Shown here: positions 6,294 through 14,123 of the stretch, piece by piece
How the letters are laid out: each line of letters begins with the position of its first letter
How positions within the stretch are numbered: the stretch's first letter is position 1
Source: an uncultured Candidatus Peribacteria bacterium
GTDB lineage: Bacteria; Patescibacteriota; Gracilibacteria; Peribacterales; Peribacteraceae
DNA length: 64,000 nucleotides
Direction: 5' to 3'
Assembly (NCBI GenBank): GCA_964641555.1
Contig: CAZXKA010000002.1
Location: 10,033-74,032, forward strand
Notes under the pieces: generated by a model
Seen by the model: only the letters and a program-made list of their open reading frames with translations
Database searches by the model: none
What the model was told of the DNA's origin: nothing
Made by a program: the position numbers and the translations under genes

Positions 6294-8680
6294 GGGGTTA
6301 TTGGGGATTGCGTCACTTTCCCATGCTCCTTCTTCGCTTCGTCGTCCGTCAGTGTTCGGTCATTCGCTCGGTAGGTGAACCGCAGGGTGACGTTGTACGA
6401 CCCTCGCTCGACGCCTTGGCCGTCGTACAAATCGCGGACCGTGATGTCTTCGAGCAACGGCGATGCTTTCCGCATGGCTGCGACCATGGGACCGATCGGT
6501 TCCGTATGCGAGCGCTTGAATGTGACGTCGTAGCTGATGGCGGGGTGTGCGGGGAGCGGCGTCGATTTCATGATGGCGCCGGCGAGTGAGCCGAGGGCCG
6601 TGAGGTCGATCGTGGCGGCGGCCGCCCGATGCGGCAGATCGAACGCGTTGATGATGGTGGGGTGCACATCGAACACTCTGGCGGCCTCGGTCGATCCGAC
6701 CGTGATGACGCACGCCCGTCCCGGATGCGCGGGGGCGGGAGGATTCGTATCGCGCTCCACGGTCGCCGAGAAGCCGAGTGTCTTCAAGAGGTGCATCGTG
6801 CGTTCGATGGCGACCAAGAACGGATCGTCCAGGAGCGACGAATGCCCGAGCACCAGCAGTCCGCACTCGGAGCGTTCGGGGGCATCCTTCGCGAACACGT
6901 GCGAGCAGTGGAAGGTCGCGAGCGTTCCTTCCGCGAGCAAGTGATTGCGGCGTGCGTGGTCCAGCAGGTGGGGGAGCGTGCTCGTCTGCAGGAGCGACAG
7001 TTCTTCGACGAGCGGGTTGGCGATCGCGATCGCGCGGGCGGGATCGACTCCCGCTTGGCGCAGGAGCTGGGGGCCTACGAGCGAGAGCGGGAGGATCTGG
7101 CGCAGACCGTCGGCGGCGAGCGCGCGCGTGACCCGCTGTTCGATGCTCTCGCCGGGAATCGGTCGCAGGAGTCCGTGCGGACGCGTCTCCGGGATCCGTT
7201 CGTAGCCGTACGCGCGGGCGATTTCTTCGATGAGGTCGTGTGCGCCGAGCAGGTCGCGGAGTCTCCAGAGTGGTGGTGTCACAGAGAGAACAGGTGCGGA
7301 TGTATTCTTGGATCGAGCTGTGGGTTTCTGGACCGTGCATCCAAGCGATTCGAGGATCGTTACGACGTCTTTTGCCGGCAGGTCGACGCCGAGCATCGAT
7401 GCCACGCGGTCGAGGGGAAGCTTGATCGTCGGCGCCGTGCCGTCCGTTCCCCATTCTTCGAGTTTGGAGACGATGCGCGCGCCGGGGATGAGCGTGAGGA
7501 AGAGCTCGAGCGCGCGGTAGAACCCCGCTTCCATGTGGACGGGCGGGACGCTCTTCTCGAAGATCGTCGCGGCGTCCGTGCGGTGGCCCGTCGCTTGGAT
7601 GGTTTTGCGGATGAGAATCGGATCGGGGACGGGGCCCTGCAGGAAGATGCGGCGCGTCTTCTCCGAAATGCTCGTTCGTTTGCCGCCCATCATCGAGACC
7701 AAGTCGAAGATGCCATCATCGTCGCTGATGACGAGCGCACCTTCGGGGAGCGCGCGGTCGACGCCGTCGAGCGTCCGGATCGTCTCTCCCGCCTTCGTCA
7801 TGCGCAGTTCGATATCACCGCGGATGTCGTCGCGGTCGAACGCGTGGAGCGGCGCGCCCCATTCGAGCATGACGGTGTTCGTGATGTCGACGGGGAGCGA
7901 AATCGGGCGGATACCGACCGCCTCGAGCCGGCGCTTCATCCAGTCCGGCGTCTCGCCCGGCGCATCGATGTCGATGGCGCAGCCGAGGTAGCGGACGACC
8001 GACGCTTTGGCGGGGGTCTTGAACGCGAAGGGGAGCGGGGTCTTCGGGAACGTGGGGGCCGAGCGCTTCGGTTCGCCCTTCGCTTTCGCGAGTCCGAGTG
8101 CGATGCACTCGCGCGCCATGCCGCGGTGCGACCACAGGTCCGGGCGGGTCGTGATCGCGGTGTTGTTCACGTCGAGGACCGTGTCTCCTCCGCCGAGTGC
8201 TTCCGCCAGCGGCATACCCGTCTTCATGGATCCGAGATCGACGATCGGGCGTTCGCCGTCCTCGGGCTTCGGCGGGAACTGTGTTTCGATGCCCAGTTCT
8301 TCCGCCGCGCAGATCATGCCGTGGCTCTCCTCGCCGCGGATCTTCACCGGTGCCAGCGTCATCGTCTCTCCGCCGTGCCACTTCACGGTGGCGCCCACGT
8401 GCGCGAACGCGACCTTCATACCGACGCGCAGATTCGTCCCGCCGCAGACGACCTTCTTCTCTCCCCGGTCCGTCTTCACGGATGCGAGAAGCAACTTATC
8501 CGCGTTCGGATGTCGATCGATCGAAAGAATTTCGCCGACGCAGCAGTGCTCAAGCAGTTCGCCGCTGCGGATGACGTCTTCCACTTCGGCCGTGCTCAGG
8601 GTCAGCCGTTCGGCGATCTTCAGCGGATCTTTTTCCGTCCATGCAACGTACTCGCCAAGCCAGTCGAGAGAAATCTTCAT
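6290..8680 (-). CDS. pheT: Phenylalanine--tRNA ligase beta subunit
   Basis: 796 aa. It has MKISLDWLGEYV and an N-terminal tRNA-binding domain, a B3/4 and B5 layout, and a C-terminal anticodon-binding-like domain. No pheS is adjacent. Confidence 0.93.
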   Translation of the reverse strand: MKISLDWLGEYVAWTEKDPLKIAERLTLSTAEVEDVIRSGELLEHCCVGEILSIDRHPNADKLLLASVKTDRGEKKVVCGGTNLRVGMKVAFAHVGATVKWHGGETMTLAPVKIRGEESHGMICAAEELGIETQFPPKPEDGERPIVDLGSMKTGMPLAEALGGGDTVLDVNNTAITTRPDLWSHRGMARECIALGLAKAKGEPKRSAPTFPKTPLPFAFKTPAKASVVRYLGCAIDIDAPGETPDWMKRRLEAVGIRPISLPVDITNTVMLEWGAPLHAFDRDDIRGDIELRMTKAGETIRTLDGVDRALPEGALVISDDDGIFDLVSMMGGKRTSISEKTRRIFLQGPVPDPILIRKTIQATGHRTDAATIFEKSVPPVHMEAGFYRALELFLTLIPGARIVSKLEEWGTDGTAPTIKLPLDRVASMLGVDLPAKDVVTILESLGCTVQKPTARSKNTSAPVLSVTPPLWRLRDLLGAHDLIEEIARAYGYERIPETRPHGLLRPIPGESIEQRVTRALAADGLRQILPLSLVGPQLLRQAGVDPARAIAIANPLVEELSLLQTSTLPHLLDHARRNHLLAEGTLATFHCSHVFAKDAPERSECGLLVLGHSSLLDDPFLVAIERTMHLLKTLGFSATVERDTNPPAPAHPGRACVITVGSTEAARVFDVHPTIINAFDLPHRAAAATIDLTALGSLAGAIMKSTPLPAHPAISYDVTFKRSHTEPIGPMVAAMRKASPLLEDITVRDLYDGQGVERGSYNVTLRFTYRANDRTLTDDEAKKEHGKVTQSPITP

Positions 8681-8734
8681 CGAGCGTCAGAGTAACGCGA
8701 ACGGCGGCGAAAAACGAGCACTGAAAGATGGCGA

Positions 8735-8787
8735 AGAGACCGGAGACACGGAGACCAGACGGTCCGGTCTCTGGTCTCTTGGTCTCT
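8735..8787. repeat. GAGACC/GGTCTC inverted array (copy A) between the divergent pheT and rpmB genes
   Basis: Left units are AGAGACC 8735-8741, GGAGAC 8742-8747 and GGAGACC 8750-8756. Right units are GGTCTCT at 8766, 8773 and 8781. GAGACCAGA 8751-8759 pairs with TCTGGTCTC 8770-8778. The 12-mer GAGACCGGAGAC (8736-8747) recurs at 19802-19813. Confidence 0.8.
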
Positions 8788-8815
8788 GGACGTCTTTTTA
8801 AACCTGTTTTTCCGA

Positions 8816-8844
8816 TTGACGGTACTCTTGGCAATCCCTACTAT
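8816..8844 (+). promoter_or_regulatory. Sigma70-like promoter of rpmB
   Basis: TTGACG (8816-8821), 17 nt spacer, TACTAT (8839-8844), then 10 nt to ATG 8855. Confidence 0.6.
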
Positions 8845-8854
8845 CTCCCGGCCC

Positions 8855-9064
8855 ATGGCCCGCAAGTGCGTCAAAACCGGCAAAGGAACCGCGTTCGGCA
8901 ACACGCGGAGCCACTCCATGCGCCACACGCGCCGGACGTTCAAGGCGAACATCCAGAAGAAGCGCGTCTTCGATGCGGCGACGGGGAAGTACGTGACGAT
9001 GAAGGTGTCGGCCAGTTACTTGCGCACGCTCGCGAAGCGGTTGCAGGCGGGGAAGAAGGCGTAA
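8855..9064 (+). CDS. rpmB: 50S ribosomal protein L28
   Basis: ORF 8816..9064 was trimmed to ATG 8855. The sequence reads MARKCVKTGKGTAFGNTRSHSMRHTRRTFKANIQKKRVF. Confidence 0.92.
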   Translation: MARKCVKTGKGTAFGNTRSHSMRHTRRTFKANIQKKRVFDAATGKYVTMKVSASYLRTLAKRLQAGKKA

Positions 9065-9110
9065 GTCATGCCTCGGTACGATGTGCGCGACGCACATCAC
9101 TCGGCATGAC
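9065..9110. terminator. Nested GC-rich hairpin between the convergent rpmB and arfB-like genes
   Basis: GTCATGCC 9065-9072 pairs with GGCATGAC 9103-9110, enclosing GATGTGCG-cga-CGCACATC. There is no U-tract on either strand. Confidence 0.45.
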
Positions 9111-9115
9111 AGCCG

Positions 9116-9514
9116 TTAGAGGATTGGCTTTCGTAGTTCCTTGATCTCTGATTGATGGTGTTTTTCTTGCAACATCTTCTCCTTCGCGCGGCGGCTGCGG
9201 CGGTCTTTCTGTTTCTTGCGTTTGAACGCGGCGCGCATGAGCTTGGATTCCTTGCCGCGCTTCTCGACTTCGATTTTCAGCAACAATAATTTGAACGCTT
9301 CCCGGCGGTTCAGCGCTTGCGATCGATGCGTATCGCCGCGAACCGTGACGCCCGTCGGAAGATGTTTCAGCATCACGGCGCTGCTGGTTTTATTCACTTT
9401 CTGCCCGCCTTTGCCGCTGCCACGCACGAACTGTTCTTCCACGTCCTCCGGCCGCACGCTTAGCTCCCGCGCCAGGCGCTCCATCGAGACCGACATGTTG
9501 GCGGGGAAGGCCAT
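9116..9514 (-). CDS. arfB: ArfB/YaeJ-like peptidyl-tRNA hydrolase (RF-1 domain, ribosome rescue)
   Basis: GGQ motif (GSGKGGQKVNKTSSAV) plus a lysine/arginine-rich C-terminal tail. TAGAAT (9526-9521) lies 6 nt upstream of the ATG. Confidence 0.85.
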   Translation of the reverse strand: MAFPANMSVSMERLARELSVRPEDVEEQFVRGSGKGGQKVNKTSSAVMLKHLPTGVTVRGDTHRSQALNRREAFKLLLLKIEVEKRGKESKLMRAAFKRKKQKDRRSRRAKEKMLQEKHHQSEIKELRKPIL

Positions 9515-9537
9515 GTCAAAATTCTAGCACGCCAAAG

Positions 9538-9627
9538 TGGCGGAGAGGGGGAGATTCGAACTCCCGAGACCCTTTCAGGTCTACACGCTTTCCAAGCGTG
9601 CGCACTAGGCCACTATGCGACCTCTCC
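9538..9627 (-). tRNA. tRNA-Ser (anticodon GGA), CCA encoded
   Basis: Hand-folded cloverleaf. Acceptor stem GGAGAGG/CCUCUCC; anticodon arm CACGC-UUGGAAA-GCGUG; long variable arm UAGACCUGAAAGGGUCUC; T arm GGGAG-UUCGAAU-CUCCC; 3' end G-CCA. Confidence 0.9.
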
Positions 9628-9682
9628 GTGCATTGACGGGGCCGAAGTATAAGCACGAACGGAGTCCGTGTACACTGTCCAT

Positions 9683-10345
9683 ATGCCCGATCTCGCCTCT
9701 CTTCCACTGACGATCATCGCCATCCTCGTGGCCATCACGGTCCACGAATGCGCGCATGCCTTGGCCGCGAAGTGGCTGGGGGACAGCACGGCCGAGAGCA
9801 TGGGCCGCCTGACGCTCAATCCGATCGCGCACATCGATCCGCTCGGCGCGATCCTCTTCGTGCTCGTTGGGTTCGGATGGGCGAAGCCGGTGCCGGTCGA
9901 TCCGCGCAATTTCCGCCACCCCGTCCGCGACAACGCGCTCGTCGCGTTGGCCGGTCCGGTGAGCAACTTGCTGCTCGCGTTTCTCTTCGCCGTCCTCGGA
10001 ACGGTGCTGCCGCTCGGCGTTCCGGTCCTGGGTGGCAGCGCGCTGGCCGCTGGTGATGCCGCACGCACGATGCTCACGATCTTCATCGTCCTCTCGATCC
10101 GCCTGAACCTGGGTCTCATGGCGTTCAACCTCCTGCTGATCCCGCCGCTCGACGGCGGCAACATCCTGCGCATGTTCATTCCCTGGCGGTACGCCGACCG
10201 GTACGAAGACTTCATGCGCTACGGTCCGTGGATCCTCCTCGCGGTGCTGGTCGCCGAATCGTTCCTGAACATCCCCATCCTGAGCGCGTGGGTCTTCGGC
10301 ATCGAGAATGCCGTGCTCTCGCTCTTCGCGCTGGTTCTTCCGTAA
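9683..10345 (+). CDS. M50 (site-2 protease) family metallopeptidase
   Basis: HExxH motif (VHECAHALAA), LNPIAHIDPLG, multiple TM helices. ATG 9683 is preferred because TACACT 9671-9676 lies 6 nt upstream. An alternative GTG is at 9668. Confidence 0.85.
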   Translation: MPDLASLPLTIIAILVAITVHECAHALAAKWLGDSTAESMGRLTLNPIAHIDPLGAILFVLVGFGWAKPVPVDPRNFRHPVRDNALVALAGPVSNLLLAFLFAVLGTVLPLGVPVLGGSALAAGDAARTMLTIFIVLSIRLNLGLMAFNLLLIPPLDGGNILRMFIPWRYADRYEDFMRYGPWILLAVLVAESFLNIPILSAWVFGIENAVLSLFALVLP

Positions 10346-11767
10346 TCAGCGTCCGGGTGCGCAGTACGCGGTCATGTTCGGGCCCAGACGCGATGCTTCG
10401 AAGAGGTGCCACAGCGCGAGAGGCGTGTCGTTCCAGAGGAGCACGATTTCGTCCGTCGTGCGAGAGGCGCTGCTTCTATGGCAGACGGGCCACTCTTTCG
10501 CCATCGGTGGAAGGGGCTTATCGGTGTAATCCGGCAGGACGATCGTGCTCGTAAGCGGCGCGTGCTCTCGTTCCGTCGCGAGCTTTGCGCGATCGAGCGG
10601 GAAGAATTCATCGGGTTGCACGAGGATGACGGTGTAGGGCGGACGAGTGTCCAGGAACGTGCTCATATCTTCGTACGTATTCGGTAGCGTTGCCAACCAT
10701 GTCAGTCGTAGCGAGATCAGGATCACGAACGCTGCGAGCGCCGGTCGGACCCATGGGCGGGTCTGTTGAAGCGCGACTGCGCCGATGAGCGCGAGCATCG
10801 GGAAAATCGGCAGGAAAAATCGCCCCGCGCTGCTCAAATGGAATCCGAACACGAGGAGGAAGAGTCCGACGTAGAGCGCGATCGGCTGCCACGCCGGATG
10901 GATGTCCACCCCGTCGCGCCAGAGCCGTCGTGCGCCGATGACCGTTGTGATCAACAGTACGAGTTCTCCGCCGATCAATTGCCACAGAATGAGGAATGGC
11001 CTTGTGATGCCGAAATTGAGCCCCACGTCATGGCCGAGATCGGCTCCCGCCACTCCGGATAAGCCGAGAAGTGGTCGTAGGAGAAATGGATAGCCGAGCG
11101 GGATGGCGATGGCGAGCGACGCGAGAAGCAGCGTGGATGCAACGACGATTCGTTTCTTGCTGAATGGGATGTCGAGTATGGACCACAACGGAAACACGAA
11201 TGCGAGGAGTCCACTTTGCAACGTGCAGAATGCCGCGATTGCAGTGGCGAACGACAGTACGATGTTGAGCATGCGATCGCGTTCTCTCGCACGCAGCGCG
11301 AAGAGCAGGCTGAAGGCGGTCCAGAACGCGACGGGGATGTGCGGTCGGATGGCGCTAGTGAAGAGTAAAAAGAGGACGCTCGTCGCGAGCAGAAGCACGG
11401 GATCGATGCCGAGCCCCAGTCGTTTGCCGATGCGCCATAGCACGAGGAATGTGCCGAGTCCGAAGAGGAGCGAGACGAGGCGGCTGGCGAGATACAGCGA
11501 TGCATCGGTGAGGTTGCCGCCGCTGCCGACGAGCATCGCTTCGTAGGTGAGCGCGAACGGCAGCGCGTAAAAGAGGGGGTACTTCCGTTCTTCCAGCAGG
11601 AATTCGCCGAACGTGCCGGCGGTTGCCGCGATGATGCCTTCCTGCGCGTAGCGCATGCCTTGGTTGTCGTACTGCGGGTTCGATTCGTACGAATGCACGC
11701 CGTACGCCAACGCCGCCACCGCGTAGGCGGCGACGGCGAGAGCGGTGAGGATCCGCGCGGGGCGCAC
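10346..11767 (-). CDS. Polytopic membrane protein, GT-C-like (ArnT/PMT-like fold suspected)
   Basis: 473 aa with more than 10 hydrophobic spans and a soluble C-terminus. GTG start with TAGAGT (11779-11774) 6 nt upstream. It shares the C-terminal motif IVLLWND..LALW with the proteins at 35869, 37481 and 56020. Confidence 0.6.
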   Translation of the reverse strand: MRPARILTALAVAAYAVAALAYGVHSYESNPQYDNQGMRYAQEGIIAATAGTFGEFLLEERKYPLFYALPFALTYEAMLVGSGGNLTDASLYLASRLVSLLFGLGTFLVLWRIGKRLGLGIDPVLLLATSVLFLLFTSAIRPHIPVAFWTAFSLLFALRARERDRMLNIVLSFATAIAAFCTLQSGLLAFVFPLWSILDIPFSKKRIVVASTLLLASLAIAIPLGYPFLLRPLLGLSGVAGADLGHDVGLNFGITRPFLILWQLIGGELVLLITTVIGARRLWRDGVDIHPAWQPIALYVGLFLLVFGFHLSSAGRFFLPIFPMLALIGAVALQQTRPWVRPALAAFVILISLRLTWLATLPNTYEDMSTFLDTRPPYTVILVQPDEFFPLDRAKLATEREHAPLTSTIVLPDYTDKPLPPMAKEWPVCHRSSASRTTDEIVLLWNDTPLALWHLFEASRLGPNMTAYCAPGR

Positions 11768-11783
11768 AGGATCACTCTAGCAG

Positions 11784-13055
11784 TTACGATTTGAACGGGC
11801 TCTGGTACTGCGCGGCGTCGCCGAGTTCCTCTTCGATGCGCAGGAGTTCGTTGTACTTGCAGATGCGGTCCGTGCGCGAGAGCGAGCCGGTCTTGATCTG
11901 GCCCGTGCGCAGGCCCACCGCGAGGTGCGCGATGAAGGTGTCTTCCGTCTCGCCGGAGCGGTGCGAGGAGATCGCGGTCCAGCCGGCCTTCTGCGCCATC
12001 TGGATGGCGTCGACCGTTTCGGACACGGAGCCGATCTGGTTCAGTTTGATGAGCACCGAGTTCGCGGACTTCGCATCGATCGCTTTCGTGATGCGTTCGA
12101 CGTTCGTGACGAGCAGGTCGTCGCCGACGATTTGCACCTTCGAGCCGAGCTTCGCGACCATGGTCTGGAACCCTTCCCAGTCATCTTCGGCGTGGCTGTC
12201 TTCGATCGAAACGATCGGGTACTTCGCGCAAAGCGCTTCGTAGTAGGCCACCAATTCCTGGGAACTCAGGACTTTCCCGTCGATGTGGTACGAACCTTCC
12301 TTGTAGAATTCGGAGGCGGCCGCGTCGATCGCGAGCTGCATCTTGCCGGTGTAGCCGGCCTTCTCGATGGCCTTCGTCAGCGTGCCGAACGCATCGTCGC
12401 TGTTTTCGAGGTGCGGGGCGAATCCGCCTTCGTCACCGACGGCCGTCACGTGGCCGCCTTCCTTGAGGATCGACTTCAGCGCGTGGAACGTCTCCGCGCC
12501 GGCGCGCAGGGCGTCTTTGAACGTCGAGAAACCCGTCGGGACGATCATGCATTCCTGGAACGAGAGGCCGCTGTCGGCGTGGGCGCCGCCGTTGATGACG
12601 TTCATGAGCGGAACCGGGAGCAAACGTGGCTCCTGGACACCGAAATACGTGGCGAGCGAGCGCCAGAGCGGCTGTTTTTCAGAAATCGCACGGGCGCGCG
12701 CGACCGCCATGGAGACGCCGAGAATCGCGTTGGCGCCCAAGCTGGCTTTATTCGGCGTACCGTCGAGTTCGAGCATGATCCTGTCGATGGCGCGCTGGTC
12801 GCCACCGTCTTTGCCGATCAACGTTTTGGCAATCGTCTCGTTCACGTTCGTCACGGCCTTCAGCACCGATTTGCCGCCGTAGTTCTTCTTGTCGCCGTCG
12901 CGCAGCTCGAGCGCTTCGTGCGAACCGGTAGAAGCGCCGGAGGGCACCGCGGCTCGTCCGAATGAGCCATCAGAGAGCGTGCAGTCGACTTCGACCGTGG
13001 GGTTGCCGCGTGAGTCGAGGATCTGGCGGGCTTTGAGGGAGGTGATGGTGGGCAT
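11784..13055 (-). CDS. eno: Enolase
   Basis: 423 aa with [18 protein letters not shown] and the typical N-terminus [20 protein letters not shown]. Confidence 0.97.
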   Translation of the reverse strand: MPTITSLKARQILDSRGNPTVEVDCTLSDGSFGRAAVPSGASTGSHEALELRDGDKKNYGGKSVLKAVTNVNETIAKTLIGKDGGDQRAIDRIMLELDGTPNKASLGANAILGVSMAVARARAISEKQPLWRSLATYFGVQEPRLLPVPLMNVINGGAHADSGLSFQECMIVPTGFSTFKDALRAGAETFHALKSILKEGGHVTAVGDEGGFAPHLENSDDAFGTLTKAIEKAGYTGKMQLAIDAAASEFYKEGSYHIDGKVLSSQELVAYYEALCAKYPIVSIEDSHAEDDWEGFQTMVAKLGSKVQIVGDDLLVTNVERITKAIDAKSANSVLIKLNQIGSVSETVDAIQMAQKAGWTAISSHRSGETEDTFIAHLAVGLRTGQIKTGSLSRTDRICKYNELLRIEEELGDAAQYQSPFKS

Positions 13056-13113
13056 GAAAAAAGAAGGAAGATTCCCGTACTGCGTATCACCGATGCGCGT
13101 TCAGAACAAGGGT

Positions 13114-13551
13114 CTAAGAAGACTGCGTATTCCGATCGGGCAGGCCATCAAGGAAGTCGTCGATCGTCTCGTAGTGCTCGTTGAAGATTTGGTACAAGCT
13201 TTCAGTCTCGGTCGGCGTGCCGATGAGCACGCACTTTTTGCCAAGGCCGTACGCGACGCCGGCTTCGATGTGGCAGGAGGTACCGACGGGCAGGAGCAGG
13301 ACGAACGTGTCGCTGCTGCGCTCTCCTTCCATGTCTTCCTGGAACACTTGTTTCACGTATGTATCATTCTTCCAATCAAGTCGCTCGAATGCGTCCATGT
13401 GCGCATGTGGATCGATATCTTGTTTATCCGCATTATGCGTTGAGGTGAGAAAACAGTACGCCGTGTATCCGCGTTCGCGGATGCCGCGCTCGAGTGCGCT
13501 GACATTCTCTTTATTGCGCCAGCGCCCGGCGACGAAGAAGTCGTAGTGCAT
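13114..13551 (-). CDS. Nucleoside 2-deoxyribosyltransferase-like protein
   Basis: ORF trimmed to ATG 13551, with TACCAT 6 nt upstream. MHYDFFVAGRW..SDTFVLLLPVGTSCHIEAGVAYGLGKKCVLIG resembles the PF05014-type pattern. Confidence 0.6.
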   Translation of the reverse strand: MHYDFFVAGRWRNKENVSALERGIRERGYTAYCFLTSTHNADKQDIDPHAHMDAFERLDWKNDTYVKQVFQEDMEGERSSDTFVLLLPVGTSCHIEAGVAYGLGKKCVLIGTPTETESLYQIFNEHYETIDDFLDGLPDRNTQSS

Positions 13552-13563
13552 GAGAAGATGGTA

Positions 13564-13638
13564 TGGAGCCGCTGATCGGGATTGAACCGACGACCACCTC
13601 CTTACCATGGAGGTGCTCTACCACTGAGCTACAGCGGC
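13564..13638 (-). tRNA. tRNA-Thr (anticodon GGU), CCA encoded
   Basis: The hand-folded sequence is GCCGCUG-UA-GCUC-AGUGGUA-GAGC-A-CCUCC-AUGGUAA-GGAGG-UGGUC-GUCGG-UUCAAUC-CCGAU-CAGCGGC-U-CCA. Confidence 0.9.
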
Positions 13639-13668
13639 GAAATGCGCAAAGAACGCGGCGGGAGTGTA

Positions 13669-14085
13669 CTAGGCGGCAGGGGGGTCCGCCACCGTTTCGA
13701 CCCAGGATTGAGGGGGAAAAGCCAAGGAGATGCGGAGGGTGTTCTGGAGGGTGTGAAGACCCATCAGAGCGCATTTCATGCGGCGGGCGCTGACGGGAAC
13801 GCCCAGGAGTTCGAGCATGTCTTTCTTCCTGAGGCTGAGGATGTTTTCGGCCGTTCGACCGATGATGTGCTCGGAGAGGAACGACATGCCGGCCTGGCTG
13901 ATCGCGCAGCCGCTGCCGAGCCAACCGACGTCGCGGACGACGCCGTCCTCCACGCGCAGTTCCAGGCGAATTCTGTCGCCGCAGCTGGGGTTTGATTCGT
14001 CGTGCACCGCCGTTGCATCGGCGATGGACCCCGCATGGCGCGGATGCTTGGAGTGATCGAGGATTTGGTCGGCGTAGAGATCCAT
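13669..14085 (-). CDS. sufU: SufU/IscU-like Fe-S cluster scaffold or sulfur acceptor
   Basis: MDLYADQILDHSKHPRH..NPSCGD..GSGCAIS..RMKCAL shows the three conserved Cys residues. The gene is immediately downstream of sufS. Confidence 0.88.
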   Translation of the reverse strand: MDLYADQILDHSKHPRHAGSIADATAVHDESNPSCGDRIRLELRVEDGVVRDVGWLGSGCAISQAGMSFLSEHIIGRTAENILSLRKKDMLELLGVPVSARRMKCALMGLHTLQNTLRISLAFPPQSWVETVADPPAA

Positions 14086-14123
14086 GACGAGAAGCAGAAA
14101 ACAGAAGCAGAGAGCAGAATCGA
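14086..14123. repeat. Half-copy (single arm) of the AGAAGCAGA family; it forms the entire sufS-sufU spacer
   Basis: On the plus strand: GAGAAGCAGAAAACAGAAGCAGAGAGCAGAAT. On the mRNA (minus) strand this is a CU-only tract ending CUUCUCGUC-AUG. It shares a 19-mer with 921-939 and a 17-mer with 35775-35791. Confidence 0.75.

Noticed and set aside
8550-8952. Small ORFs in the pheT-rpmB spacer (8550..8834, 8677..8952, 8728..9144).
   Set aside because: They overlap the promoter, the repeat array and rpmB itself, have no recognisable motifs and are composition-driven.
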